From the NCBI GenBank assembly GCA_965116885.1, contig OZ220741.1, positions 1,216,001-1,280,000 on the forward strand: a stretch of 64,000 bases of DNA. Reading direction: 5' to 3'. This DNA comes from Candidatus Latescibacterota bacterium. Lineage in GTDB: Bacteria; Latescibacterota; UBA2968. The notes under the pieces are model-generated. The model ran no database searches. It saw only the letters and a list, made by a program, of their open reading frames with translations, and was not told the origin of the DNA. Position 1 is the stretch's first letter, and every line of letters starts with the position of its first letter. Shown piece after piece: positions 18,929 to 27,785 of this stretch. The position numbers were made by a program, and so were the translations under genes.

Positions 18929-21328
18929 ATGTTGTCTCTATTTATCAGCTATCTGAAAACAGCGATCCGCAACCTCGCCAGGCATCGCATCTACTCGGCC
19001 ATCAACACCATCGGCCTCGCTATCGGCCTTGCCTTCTGCATTATCACCTACCTCTTTGTCCATCACGAATGGACCTACGACATCTTTCACGAAAACGCCG
19101 ACCGCATCTATCGGGTTTATGTACAAACGCCATCCGGAATTGGAGAAGACCCCCGAGCCACTGACGGCGCGGCACTGAGGGAGGCCTTCCCCGAGATGCA
19201 AACGGCTCGTTCAGGGGGGGGATTCGGAAAAATTGGCACAGACGACCGCGCTTTTCGAGCCTTGTGGCGTTATGTCGATTCCAGCTTCCTCGAAATATTT
19301 TCATTTCCAGTCATTCGTGGCGAGGCCACTCTTCAAGACAAGTATTCGGCGCTTATAACGGAAAGAACTGCGCAAAAGTATTTCAAGGATGCCAATGCGA
19401 TTGGCGAGGCACTTCCCATCCAGCATTTCAATCCCGTGCTGCGCAAAGACGAAATTAAAAATTACACCGTCACGGGCATACTGAAAAATGTGCCCAAAAA
19501 TTCTACGCTTCAATTTGACATGCTATTGCCTTTTGAAGGAAGCGCGTACGCAGAGAGTAAATACGCCAAGGCGGACGCGTATATGCTGCTTCCGCCAAAT
19601 GTAAATCCCAATAGCCTTGAACAACAATTTCCCAAATGGACCAAAATCTGGTGGGGCGAAAAGAGCGAAAACCAGCTCAAACTTCAGCCACTCGCGCAAA
19701 TGCACTTCAATCCAATTGCCCAGACCTCGGATGCCAGCAATCCCATTTACACGTACATCTTATCGGGCATAGCCCTACTCGTGCTATTTATCGCCTGTGT
19801 CAACTTCACAACCCTGACACTCGGACGACAGGCAACGCGGGCGCGAGAAGTCGGCTTGCGAAAAGTCGTAGGCGCAAAACGCATGCAAATCGCAAACCAA
19901 TTTATCGGCGAATCCCTCTTACTCATCTTCATAGCACTCATCGCCGGCATTGCCAGCGCAGAACTCGCCCTGCCAACATTCAACACCCTATCTCACCAAT
20001 CCCTATCTATGAGCGACGGCCTCAATCTCACAACACTCGCCTTTCTCATTCTGTTGATCAGCCTCGTCGGCATCACAGCAGGGGGTTATCCCGCCTTTGT
20101 GCTATCCCGATTGCAGCCAACCCAGATTATAACGAGCCGATTGAGAGTCAAAACGGGCAATCGCTTTGGTAGTATATTGGTCATTTTTCAGTTTGCCCTA
20201 TCCATATTCTTCATCATCACCACCTTAATGATGGGCAAACAACTCGCTTATTTGCGAACCAAACCCCTGGGATTCCAGGCCGAACACCTCGTCTCCATCT
20301 CGACCATGGAAATGGTCTTTAGAAGAGGAGAATACAGAACCCTGCCCACTGTTTTTCGGGACGCACTACAGTCCTATCCGGGGGTGATCAGCACAACCTG
20401 GTTTAATGGTGGCGATTTATACAGCAATATGTTCGCGCATCCGCGCCCTCCCAGTATTTTTGTGAGCTATGAAGACAGTCAAGAACAACCGGTTGAAATG
20501 ATGTCTATTAACTACGATGTGTTCAAGACGCTCGACATAAAACTTCTTGCAGGTCGGGAATACTCAGAGGAATTTCCAACCGATCAAAGAAAATCGATTA
20601 TCGTCAACGAAGCGTTGGTCAAAAAACTCGGTATAGAAGACCCGATTGGTAAAACGATCAGAGAGGTCCGAAAAATAAGACCCCGCACTATCTCACGCTC
20701 CAAAACCATCATTGGCGTCGTTGGCGACTTCCATTTTCGCTCTATGCATCACGAAATTGGGCCTGTTATTATGACCCTCTTTACAACTGACCATTCCAGC
20801 TTGCTGGTTCGCATCCATCCCGAAAATGTGCCGGGCACCATCGCATTCATGAAAGAAAAATGGGAAGAAATCGCACCCGCTCTGGAATTCAGATTTTCGT
20901 TTGTCGATGAAAACATAGACAGACAATACCACAAAGAAGAACGCTGGAATCTTATGATCCAATACGCCACTGGATTCGCCATCTTCATCGCTGCACTCGG
21001 CGCATTCGGACTGGCGGCACTCGCCACAGCGCGACGCACCAAAGAAATAGGCATTCGCAAAGTACTGGGCGCATCTCAGGCGCAAATTTTATCCCTACTC
21101 TCACGAGAATTTGTCCTCTACATCGCCCTATCGAGCCTCATCGCATTCCCCATCGCCTATTACGCGACCAATCAATGGTTACAAACCTTCGCCTACCGCA
21201 CCGAATTGGGTATCGGTATATTCTTACTCGGCAGCGTCGCCCTATTCCTCGTCGTATTCACAACCGTCACCACCCAGACCCTCAAAGCCTCACGCGCAAA
21301 CCCGGCGGACGCCTTGAGAGATGAGTGA
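18929..21328 (+). CDS. MacB/FtsX-family ABC transporter permease
   Basis: YLKTAIRNL, ACVNFTTL, RTKEIGIRKVLGAS, NPADALRDE; start moved to ATG 18929 because the track start overlaps the promoter. Confidence 0.93.
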   Translation: MLSLFISYLKTAIRNLARHRIYSAINTIGLAIGLAFCIITYLFVHHEWTYDIFHENADRIYRVYVQTPSGIGEDPRATDGAALREAFPEMQTARSGGGFGKIGTDDRAFRALWRYVDSSFLEIFSFPVIRGEATLQDKYSALITERTAQKYFKDANAIGEALPIQHFNPVLRKDEIKNYTVTGILKNVPKNSTLQFDMLLPFEGSAYAESKYAKADAYMLLPPNVNPNSLEQQFPKWTKIWWGEKSENQLKLQPLAQMHFNPIAQTSDASNPIYTYILSGIALLVLFIACVNFTTLTLGRQATRAREVGLRKVVGAKRMQIANQFIGESLLLIFIALIAGIASAELALPTFNTLSHQSLSMSDGLNLTTLAFLILLISLVGITAGGYPAFVLSRLQPTQIITSRLRVKTGNRFGSILVIFQFALSIFFIITTLMMGKQLAYLRTKPLGFQAEHLVSISTMEMVFRRGEYRTLPTVFRDALQSYPGVISTTWFNGGDLYSNMFAHPRPPSIFVSYEDSQEQPVEMMSINYDVFKTLDIKLLAGREYSEEFPTDQRKSIIVNEALVKKLGIEDPIGKTIREVRKIRPRTISRSKTIIGVVGDFHFRSMHHEIGPVIMTLFTTDHSSLLVRIHPENVPGTIAFMKEKWEEIAPALEFRFSFVDENIDRQYHKEERWNLMIQYATGFAIFIAALGAFGLAALATARRTKEIGIRKVLGASQAQILSLLSREFVLYIALSSLIAFPIAYYATNQWLQTFAYRTELGIGIFLLGSVALFLVVFTTVTTQTLKASRANPADALRDE

Positions 21329-21542
21329 AAATAAGAGTCCCATTGACGCAAAACAAAGTTGAATATTGTTCAAAGTATGATTATTTTTCCCATTCAGCAT
21401 TCATACCAAACTCTGGAAAGAGGGTACAAACGTGTCAACACCCGAACGAGATGATTCACAAAAAAAGAAAGCCGTACCCAGCTTTGTAGGCAGGGGGTCT
21501 TCCTCGCCCGAACCGTCACCAGAAGCCACGAGCCAGGACGGC

Positions 21543-22790
21543 ATGGACCGCAGGGTCGAAAAGAAAGTATGGACGCCAAAACGCATTGCCAGCATCAGCG
21601 GGATCGCCGTATTTGTGTGTGCCGTGATCTACATGGCTGTCTTTGGCGACCACAGCGCCAGACTCAATGTACAGGTCGATCGAATTACCATCTCAGAAGT
21701 CACGCGCGGACCCTTCCAGGAATTTACCGTCCAGCGCGGCACTGTATTGCCAATTCAAACCTATTATATCGACGCACTGGAAGGCGGACAAATAGAGGAA
21801 ATCTTCCTGGAAGAAGGAACAATGGTCGAAAAAGGCAGGCCCATTTTGAAATTGTCAAACCCCACCCTGGAGCAAAATATTTTAACCCAGGAAGCCCGTC
21901 TGTTTGAACAGATCAACAACATGGAAAACACCCGGTTGAACCTGGAAAATCGGGCCATCCGCAACCGCCAGGAACTGATGCGCGTTGAATTGAACTTGCG
22001 GGAGACAGAACGACAATACGAAAAGCAGAAAGTTTTGTTCGAACGCGGATTGACTTCCCAAGACCTGTTTGAAAGTGCGCGGGATCGATATCAAAACGAT
22101 CAAAAACGCAGGTCATTTGCATTGGAAACAGTACGCCAGGACTCGCTGTATCGCATCAACCAACTCGCTGCACTGGACACGAGCGCCAGGAGTTTGCAAC
22201 GGCAATTGGAGCATGTGCGCCGTCCGTTAGAGAACCTGACCGTGCGCGCGCCCATTGCCGGACAATTGTCCCAATTAAATGCGGAAATCGGCCAGTTGAT
22301 GAACAGGGGAAGGCGCATTGGTCAAGTCGATGTACTCGACGCCTATAAAATGCGGGTGGGCATCGATGAATTTTACATCACCAGAATCACAAAAGGACTC
22401 AAAGGCACCATTGAGATCGACGATGAAACTTATGAACTCACAATCCGCCGGGTCTTTCCCGAAGTCTTAGAAGGACAATTTGAAGTCGATATGGATTTTG
22501 TAGATGCGACACCGCAAAGCATTCGGCGCGGTCAAACAGAACAGATACGATTGGAACTCGACGCACCCGAAGAAGCCCTCTTGCTCCCCCGCGGTGGATT
22601 TTATCAAACAACAGGCGGCAACTGGGTATTTGTCGTCGAAGGCGACGAAGCCATACGCCGCGAAGTGCGCATAGGCCGCCAAAGCCCCGAATACTTCGAA
22701 GTCCTCGCTGGCCTCTCTCCCAGCGAGCGCGTGGTCACATCGTCTTATGACAATTACGAAGAAATCGATAAGTTAGTTTTAAAAAGGTAA
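21543..22790 (+). CDS. Efflux periplasmic adaptor (HlyD/MacA family)
   Basis: N-terminal transmembrane helix, lipoyl-like halves (EGGQIEEI, VRAPIAGQL), coiled coil; alternative GTG start at 21432. Confidence 0.9.
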   Translation: MDRRVEKKVWTPKRIASISGIAVFVCAVIYMAVFGDHSARLNVQVDRITISEVTRGPFQEFTVQRGTVLPIQTYYIDALEGGQIEEIFLEEGTMVEKGRPILKLSNPTLEQNILTQEARLFEQINNMENTRLNLENRAIRNRQELMRVELNLRETERQYEKQKVLFERGLTSQDLFESARDRYQNDQKRRSFALETVRQDSLYRINQLAALDTSARSLQRQLEHVRRPLENLTVRAPIAGQLSQLNAEIGQLMNRGRRIGQVDVLDAYKMRVGIDEFYITRITKGLKGTIEIDDETYELTIRRVFPEVLEGQFEVDMDFVDATPQSIRRGQTEQIRLELDAPEEALLLPRGGFYQTTGGNWVFVVEGDEAIRREVRIGRQSPEYFEVLAGLSPSERVVTSSYDNYEEIDKLVLKR

Positions 22791-22821
22791 GCTGATTGCT
22801 TTTTACAAAAGGAGTCTCACA

Positions 22822-23499
22822 ATGATCAAAACCGTCAACCTCGAGAAAGTCTATACCACAGAAGAAGTGGAAACAACCGCCCTGAACAATGTCAACATAG
22901 ATATTGAAGAAGGCGAATTTGTCGCCGTAATGGGACCATCGGGATGCGGCAAATCCACACTCTTGAACGTCCTCGGTCTGCTGGACAACCCGAGCGGTGG
23001 AGAATACTTTCTGAACGAAGAAGAAGTCTCCAAACACACCGAGCGGCAAAGAGCCAACACCCGCAAGTCAAACATCGGCTTTGTATTTCAAAGTTTCAAT
23101 CTCATCGACGAACTGACCGTCGCCGAAAACGTGGAACTGCCCCTGTTATATCTCGGCTTACCAGCCAGCGAGCGCAAACAGCGCCTGGACGAATCCCTCG
23201 AATACATGGGCATCAAACACCGCGAAAAGCATTTCCCGCAGCAATTATCGGGCGGTCAGCAGCAGCGCGTAGCCGTGGCCAGAGCCGTCATAGCAAACCC
23301 CAACATCATCCTCGCAGACGAGCCAACGGGTAATCTCGACTCGTCAAACGGCAACGAAGTCATGGATCTGTTGACCGAACTAAACAAAAACGGCACCACA
23401 ATCGTGATGGTGACCCACAACTCGCACGACGCGGGATACGCGCATCGCATCATCCACTTATTCGACGGCCATGTCGTGACAGAGAACATCAAAGGATAG
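22822..23499 (+). CDS. ABC ATP-binding protein (LolD/MacB type)
   Basis: [27 protein letters not shown]. Confidence 0.95.
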   Translation: MIKTVNLEKVYTTEEVETTALNNVNIDIEEGEFVAVMGPSGCGKSTLLNVLGLLDNPSGGEYFLNEEEVSKHTERQRANTRKSNIGFVFQSFNLIDELTVAENVELPLLYLGLPASERKQRLDESLEYMGIKHREKHFPQQLSGGQQQRVAVARAVIANPNIILADEPTGNLDSSNGNEVMDLLTELNKNGTTIVMVTHNSHDAGYAHRIIHLFDGHVVTENIKG

Positions 23500-23510
23500 C
23501 GGAAAACCGC

Positions 23511-25946
23511 ATGCTCAAAAACTATCTCAAAATCGCCATTCGCAACATCGCCAGAAATAAGACATTCTCAGCAATCAACATCCTGGGACTCGCGATTGGG
23601 ATGGCGTGCTGTGTGCTGATTTTTTCGATGATACATCAGCAATGGTCTTTTGATCGGTTTCACAAAAACAGAGATGTGATCTTTCGGGTATTAACGCGGG
23701 AAATCACCAAAGAAGGCGAAATCGCATTTATAGTATTACAGCCGAAGGATCTCGCAGGCGCATTGAAGGACGCGTTTCCAGAAATCGTTCACACAACGCG
23801 ATTTGCCAATTCGCATGTAATTGTCGGGCGAGAGGACAAGCTGTTTCAAGAACGCATTTCACTAACAGATCCCGCGTATCTACAGATGTTCACCTATCCG
23901 CTATTAGCCGGAGATGCAAATACAGCACTTGACGATTTGCACAGCGTGGTCATCAGCGAGCGCGTGGCGAAAAAATACTTTGGTGAGACAGAAAATTACG
24001 CCCATGTGATCGGCCAATCACTGCGTATTAAAGGCACTCGAGATCCGCAAGATTTTGTGGTGACAGGCATTATGAAAGCCTTGCCGTTGACCTCCAGTAT
24101 GCGTGGAAATGATATTCTAATACCCTTTGAGAATGCATATCGAGATGAGACATGGTATTTTAGGATGTCGCAGTCCTGGAGTGGGAATGTTGTATCGACC
24201 TATATTCAAATCCAGGACGCGAGTCAGGCAACAGCATTAAATGAAAAACTCGCTTCTTTTACCAGCGAACTTCTGGACAAGCAGCGAAGCAGAAGGATCA
24301 AGAGCGGACGTATTCAAGATCGCGCCGATGCGTTTCGATTGCAATTGCAAGCACTCGTAGATATTCATTTTGAAAATGAAATGCGCGGAGGATACGCACA
24401 AAAGATCAGCCCGATGTTTGCCTATGTCTTATCAGCCATTGGTATGGCGGTGTTGCTGATCGCCTGTATCAATTTTACAACTCTGTCACTGGGACAATCG
24501 ACGCAGCGGTCACTGGAAGTGGGCATGCGCAAGGTGTTAGGCGCACATCGCGGTAATTTGATGCGGCAGTTTTGGGGTGAAACGCTACTGATGAGCGTCC
24601 TCGCTCTGATTCTGGGATCGATACTTGCCAGGTTGTTCTTGCCAGTATTCAACGACATGAGTGCCGGGCAAGTGACAATCGCCCTCAGTTGGGAATTGAT
24701 TGTCGCGCTCACAGGTGTACTCGTATTTGTCGGACTCGCCGCTGGCAGTTATCCAGCACTAATACTGTCAAAATTTCAACCCATATCTGTATTCAAGGGC
24801 AACACGCGGACAAAACGTCGCAAACCCTTCACAAGTGCCCTCGTGGTAGTGCAATATACCTTGTCGATCGTATTGATGATCGGCACGGGCATTATGGCGC
24901 AACAATTGGATTATTTGCAGTCGAAAAATTTGGGATATACCAGCGAACAGGTGGTGGTCCTGGACAAAGCAACGCCGGAAACGCCCCAACGCTTGCGCGA
25001 TGCCTTACGCGGTCATGATCGCATCGTAAATATTGCTGGCGGTGGCTATTCATTTGTAAATAGCCAAGAACAAAGAGGTCATAGATTGCCCAATGGCAAG
25101 TCGATCACGATCTGGACCATGTGGATTGATGAAGCCTATCTAAAAACACTGGGCATTGACCTGAAGATGGGGCGAAACTTTTCTCCAGAATTTCCGAGCG
25201 ATCCTCAGCGGGCTGTAATTGTGAACGAGAGGCTGGTAGATATCTTTGGATGGGATAACCCCATTGGACAGCCAGTCCCCGTACTGAACAAAAAAGAGCC
25301 GCATCAAGTGATTGGGGTGGTGAAAAATTTTCATTTTCAATCACTTCACAACGAAATCAAGCCGATTGTATTCTATAACTCAATAGGCGACTCGCCAGGC
25401 GATCGTGGCCCGAGCGTAATTCTCGTGCGTATTCGTCCAGAAGACATAAACGGCAGTATTGAATTGCTGCGAGAAACCTGGAAAAAAATAGAACCCGCAC
25501 GTCCATTTTCTTTCGCATTTCTGGACCAACAGGTCAACCAGCAATACCGCAGGGAACAGCACTGGCTCCAGATCGTCTGGTACGCATCGGGATTTGGCAT
25601 CTTAATCGCATGTCTGGGTTTATTCGGCCTCGCATCCCTATCTGTTTCGCAACGCACGAAAGAAATAGGCATCCGCAAAGTATTGGGCGCATCGGTAAGT
25701 GAAATCACCGCACTCCTATCCCGGGAATTTGTGCTCCTGCTCACCATCGCCAATCTCATCGCCTGGCCCATAGCCTACTGGGCAATGGGACAATGGCTCA
25801 ACGGCTTTGCATATCGCATTGAACCCGGCATAAAAATATATCTTCTATGTAGCCTATTAGCCGTAGTCATCGCCCTGTGTACCATAAGCCTTCAAGCCAT
25901 CCGCGCCGCGCGTTCCAATCCCGTTGACGCCCTGCGGTATGAGTAG
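23511..25946 (+). CDS. MacB/FtsX-family ABC transporter permease
   Basis: MLKNYLKIAIRN, ACINF, RTKEIGIRKVLGAS, NPVDALRYE. Confidence 0.94.
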   Translation: MLKNYLKIAIRNIARNKTFSAINILGLAIGMACCVLIFSMIHQQWSFDRFHKNRDVIFRVLTREITKEGEIAFIVLQPKDLAGALKDAFPEIVHTTRFANSHVIVGREDKLFQERISLTDPAYLQMFTYPLLAGDANTALDDLHSVVISERVAKKYFGETENYAHVIGQSLRIKGTRDPQDFVVTGIMKALPLTSSMRGNDILIPFENAYRDETWYFRMSQSWSGNVVSTYIQIQDASQATALNEKLASFTSELLDKQRSRRIKSGRIQDRADAFRLQLQALVDIHFENEMRGGYAQKISPMFAYVLSAIGMAVLLIACINFTTLSLGQSTQRSLEVGMRKVLGAHRGNLMRQFWGETLLMSVLALILGSILARLFLPVFNDMSAGQVTIALSWELIVALTGVLVFVGLAAGSYPALILSKFQPISVFKGNTRTKRRKPFTSALVVVQYTLSIVLMIGTGIMAQQLDYLQSKNLGYTSEQVVVLDKATPETPQRLRDALRGHDRIVNIAGGGYSFVNSQEQRGHRLPNGKSITIWTMWIDEAYLKTLGIDLKMGRNFSPEFPSDPQRAVIVNERLVDIFGWDNPIGQPVPVLNKKEPHQVIGVVKNFHFQSLHNEIKPIVFYNSIGDSPGDRGPSVILVRIRPEDINGSIELLRETWKKIEPARPFSFAFLDQQVNQQYRREQHWLQIVWYASGFGILIACLGLFGLASLSVSQRTKEIGIRKVLGASVSEITALLSREFVLLLTIANLIAWPIAYWAMGQWLNGFAYRIEPGIKIYLLCSLLAVVIALCTISLQAIRAARSNPVDALRYE

Positions 25947-25948
25947 TC

Positions 25949-26016
25949 GGGACGGCACAGGGACCGTCCCCTACGATGATACTGTGGTTTGTAGGGGCGA
26001 CCCCCTGTGGTCGCCC
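25949..26016. repeat. GTAG-family REP doublet (REPIN-like)
   Basis: GGGACGGCACAGGGACCGTCCCCTAC then GTAGGGGCGACCCCCTGTGGTCGCCC. Confidence 0.85.
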
Positions 26017-26042
26017 GTTGACCGTTGTTCCGGAGAATCACC

Positions 26043-26300
26043 ATGCCCAAAATCTCGATCAAATTGCCGCCTTTAGACGCCGAAGACACCGTAGAAGTAA
26101 CCGTAGTGGTAAACGGCAAAAGCAGAAAATACGATTACCGCATGGAACTATTCGCCTGGGAGGAACACGCCGAACCCCACGAACAGAGAGTCATGTGTTT
26201 GAAACGGATTGTGGAAAACTACGACCAGGACTGGTCGCTCGTAGAAATTGGCGAACCATCCGAACACGAGGTATCTATCCTATTCGAACGCCGCGCATGA
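26043..26300 (+). CDS. Small hypothetical protein within the ABC operon
   Basis: GGAGA ribosome-binding site, 85 aa soluble ORF, 10 bp before the second ATPase. Confidence 0.7.
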   Translation: MPKISIKLPPLDAEDTVEVTVVVNGKSRKYDYRMELFAWEEHAEPHEQRVMCLKRIVENYDQDWSLVEIGEPSEHEVSILFERRA

Positions 26301-26310
26301 GGAGATAGAC

Positions 26311-26985
26311 ATGATCGAACTAAAAAACATCGAAAAATACTACGAAAACGGCATCGTAAAAACATTCGTACTCCGGCGCATTGACCTGCAAATCCGCGAA
26401 GGAGAATTTGTATCCATCATGGGACCCTCTGGTGCCGGCAAATCAACGCTCTTGCACATCCTGGGCATGCTGGACACCGCCTCGAATGGAGCGTATCATT
26501 TTTACAACCGCGCAGTTCACAAACTGGACGAACGCGCATTGACCGAACTGCACCGCGACCACATCGGCTTTGTATTCCAAAGCTACCATCTAATCGACGA
26601 ACTAACAGTGGGCGAAAATTTGGAAACCCCCCTCCTGTATCAAAAAGTAAAAGGCGCCGAACGCAAAGGCCGCATCGCCGAAATGCTCGACCGCTTCAAC
26701 ATCGTGGCAAAAAAGCGACTATTCCCCAACCAGTTATCCGGCGGACAACAACAACTGGTAGGCATAGCCCGGGCATTGATCACGCAACCAAAACTGATCC
26801 TGGCCGACGAACCAACCGGCAACTTAAACTCGGCAGAAGGCGAGCGGATCATGACCCTGTTCAAACACCTGAATGCCGAAGGCGTAACCATTGTCCAATG
26901 CACACACTCGGAGAAAAACGCCGCTTACGGAGACCGCATCGTACATCTATCGGACGGATGGTTAGACCGGGATGAGCAGTTGTAA
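26311..26985 (+). CDS. ABC ATP-binding protein (LolD/MacB type)
   Basis: [32 protein letters not shown] ribosome-binding site. Confidence 0.94.
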   Translation: MIELKNIEKYYENGIVKTFVLRRIDLQIREGEFVSIMGPSGAGKSTLLHILGMLDTASNGAYHFYNRAVHKLDERALTELHRDHIGFVFQSYHLIDELTVGENLETPLLYQKVKGAERKGRIAEMLDRFNIVAKKRLFPNQLSGGQQQLVGIARALITQPKLILADEPTGNLNSAEGERIMTLFKHLNAEGVTIVQCTHSEKNAAYGDRIVHLSDGWLDRDEQL

Positions 26986-27038
26986 TCCCTCCCATTAAAT
27001 TTATCACTCGAACATTTTTAGAGAAAGATGGTGCCAAA

Positions 27039-27653
27039 ATGAAGGAACACGTCGATCCAACACTCGCGAACGAATTGGCCGAAGGCACGTCAGACAAAAA
27101 AATAGATGCCCTGTTCGCCTACATGGAAGCGAGGGGCCAGTCCCACTACGACGAAGTCGTAACGCAACTCGAACACGCGCTCCAGTGCGCCAATCTGGCT
27201 CAGCTCGCCAATGGAGACGCGATTCAGATAACTGCCGCACTATTGCACGATATCGGCCATTTTCTGATGGACGAACACGCAGAAAACGCAGATTTCCACA
27301 CCCAGGACTTTCTCCACGAAGAAGTGGGCGCCGCGTACATAGCACCCTTTTTTATCGAGGCGGTGACCGAACCGGTGAAACTTCACGTTCCGGCCAAGCG
27401 ATACATCTGCACCACGGATTCGACCTACTACAACACCCTTTCCGAAGCCTCTAAGCATAGTTTCCAACTGCAAGGAGGCCTCATGTCAGATCGGGAAAGG
27501 ACCGAGTTCGAAAGCAATCCTTACTACCAGAATGCCGTACACCTCAGGAAATGGGATGATCTGGCCAAGGTGAAGAACCTGAAAACCCCAGAGCTCGAAA
27601 CGTACAGGGACGCAGTGGCGCATTGTCTGAAGCCGACCAATGCACGCACTTAG
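27039..27653 (+). CDS. HD-domain oxygenase, PhnZ/TmpB-like
   Basis: Y..VTQLEHALQCA, ALLHDIGH, HEEVGA, LHVPAKRY, LSEAS..S..LQGG, LRKWDDLAK. Confidence 0.85.
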   Translation: MKEHVDPTLANELAEGTSDKKIDALFAYMEARGQSHYDEVVTQLEHALQCANLAQLANGDAIQITAALLHDIGHFLMDEHAENADFHTQDFLHEEVGAAYIAPFFIEAVTEPVKLHVPAKRYICTTDSTYYNTLSEASKHSFQLQGGLMSDRERTEFESNPYYQNAVHLRKWDDLAKVKNLKTPELETYRDAVAHCLKPTNART

Positions 27654-27723
27654 AGAAAAACGCCGCTTACGGAGACCGCATCGTACATCTATCGGACGGA
27701 TGGTTAATGAACAGCTATAACCC
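27638..27723 (+). repeat. Duplicated 3' end of the ABC ATPase gene (direct repeat of about 26896-26988)
   Basis: GAGAAAAACGCCGCTTACGGAGACCGCATCGTACATCTATCGGACGGATGGTTA identical in both copies, with diverged flanks. Confidence 0.92.
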
Positions 27724-27785
27724 CGTTTTTACAGTACGCGACAAAACAACAAAATCAATACTTACACCCTGAACAGGAGAATCCC

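Noticed and set aside
26896..27723. Diversity-generating retroelement template/variable repeat pair
   Set aside because: No reverse transcriptase in the window, and the differences are not confined to adenines.
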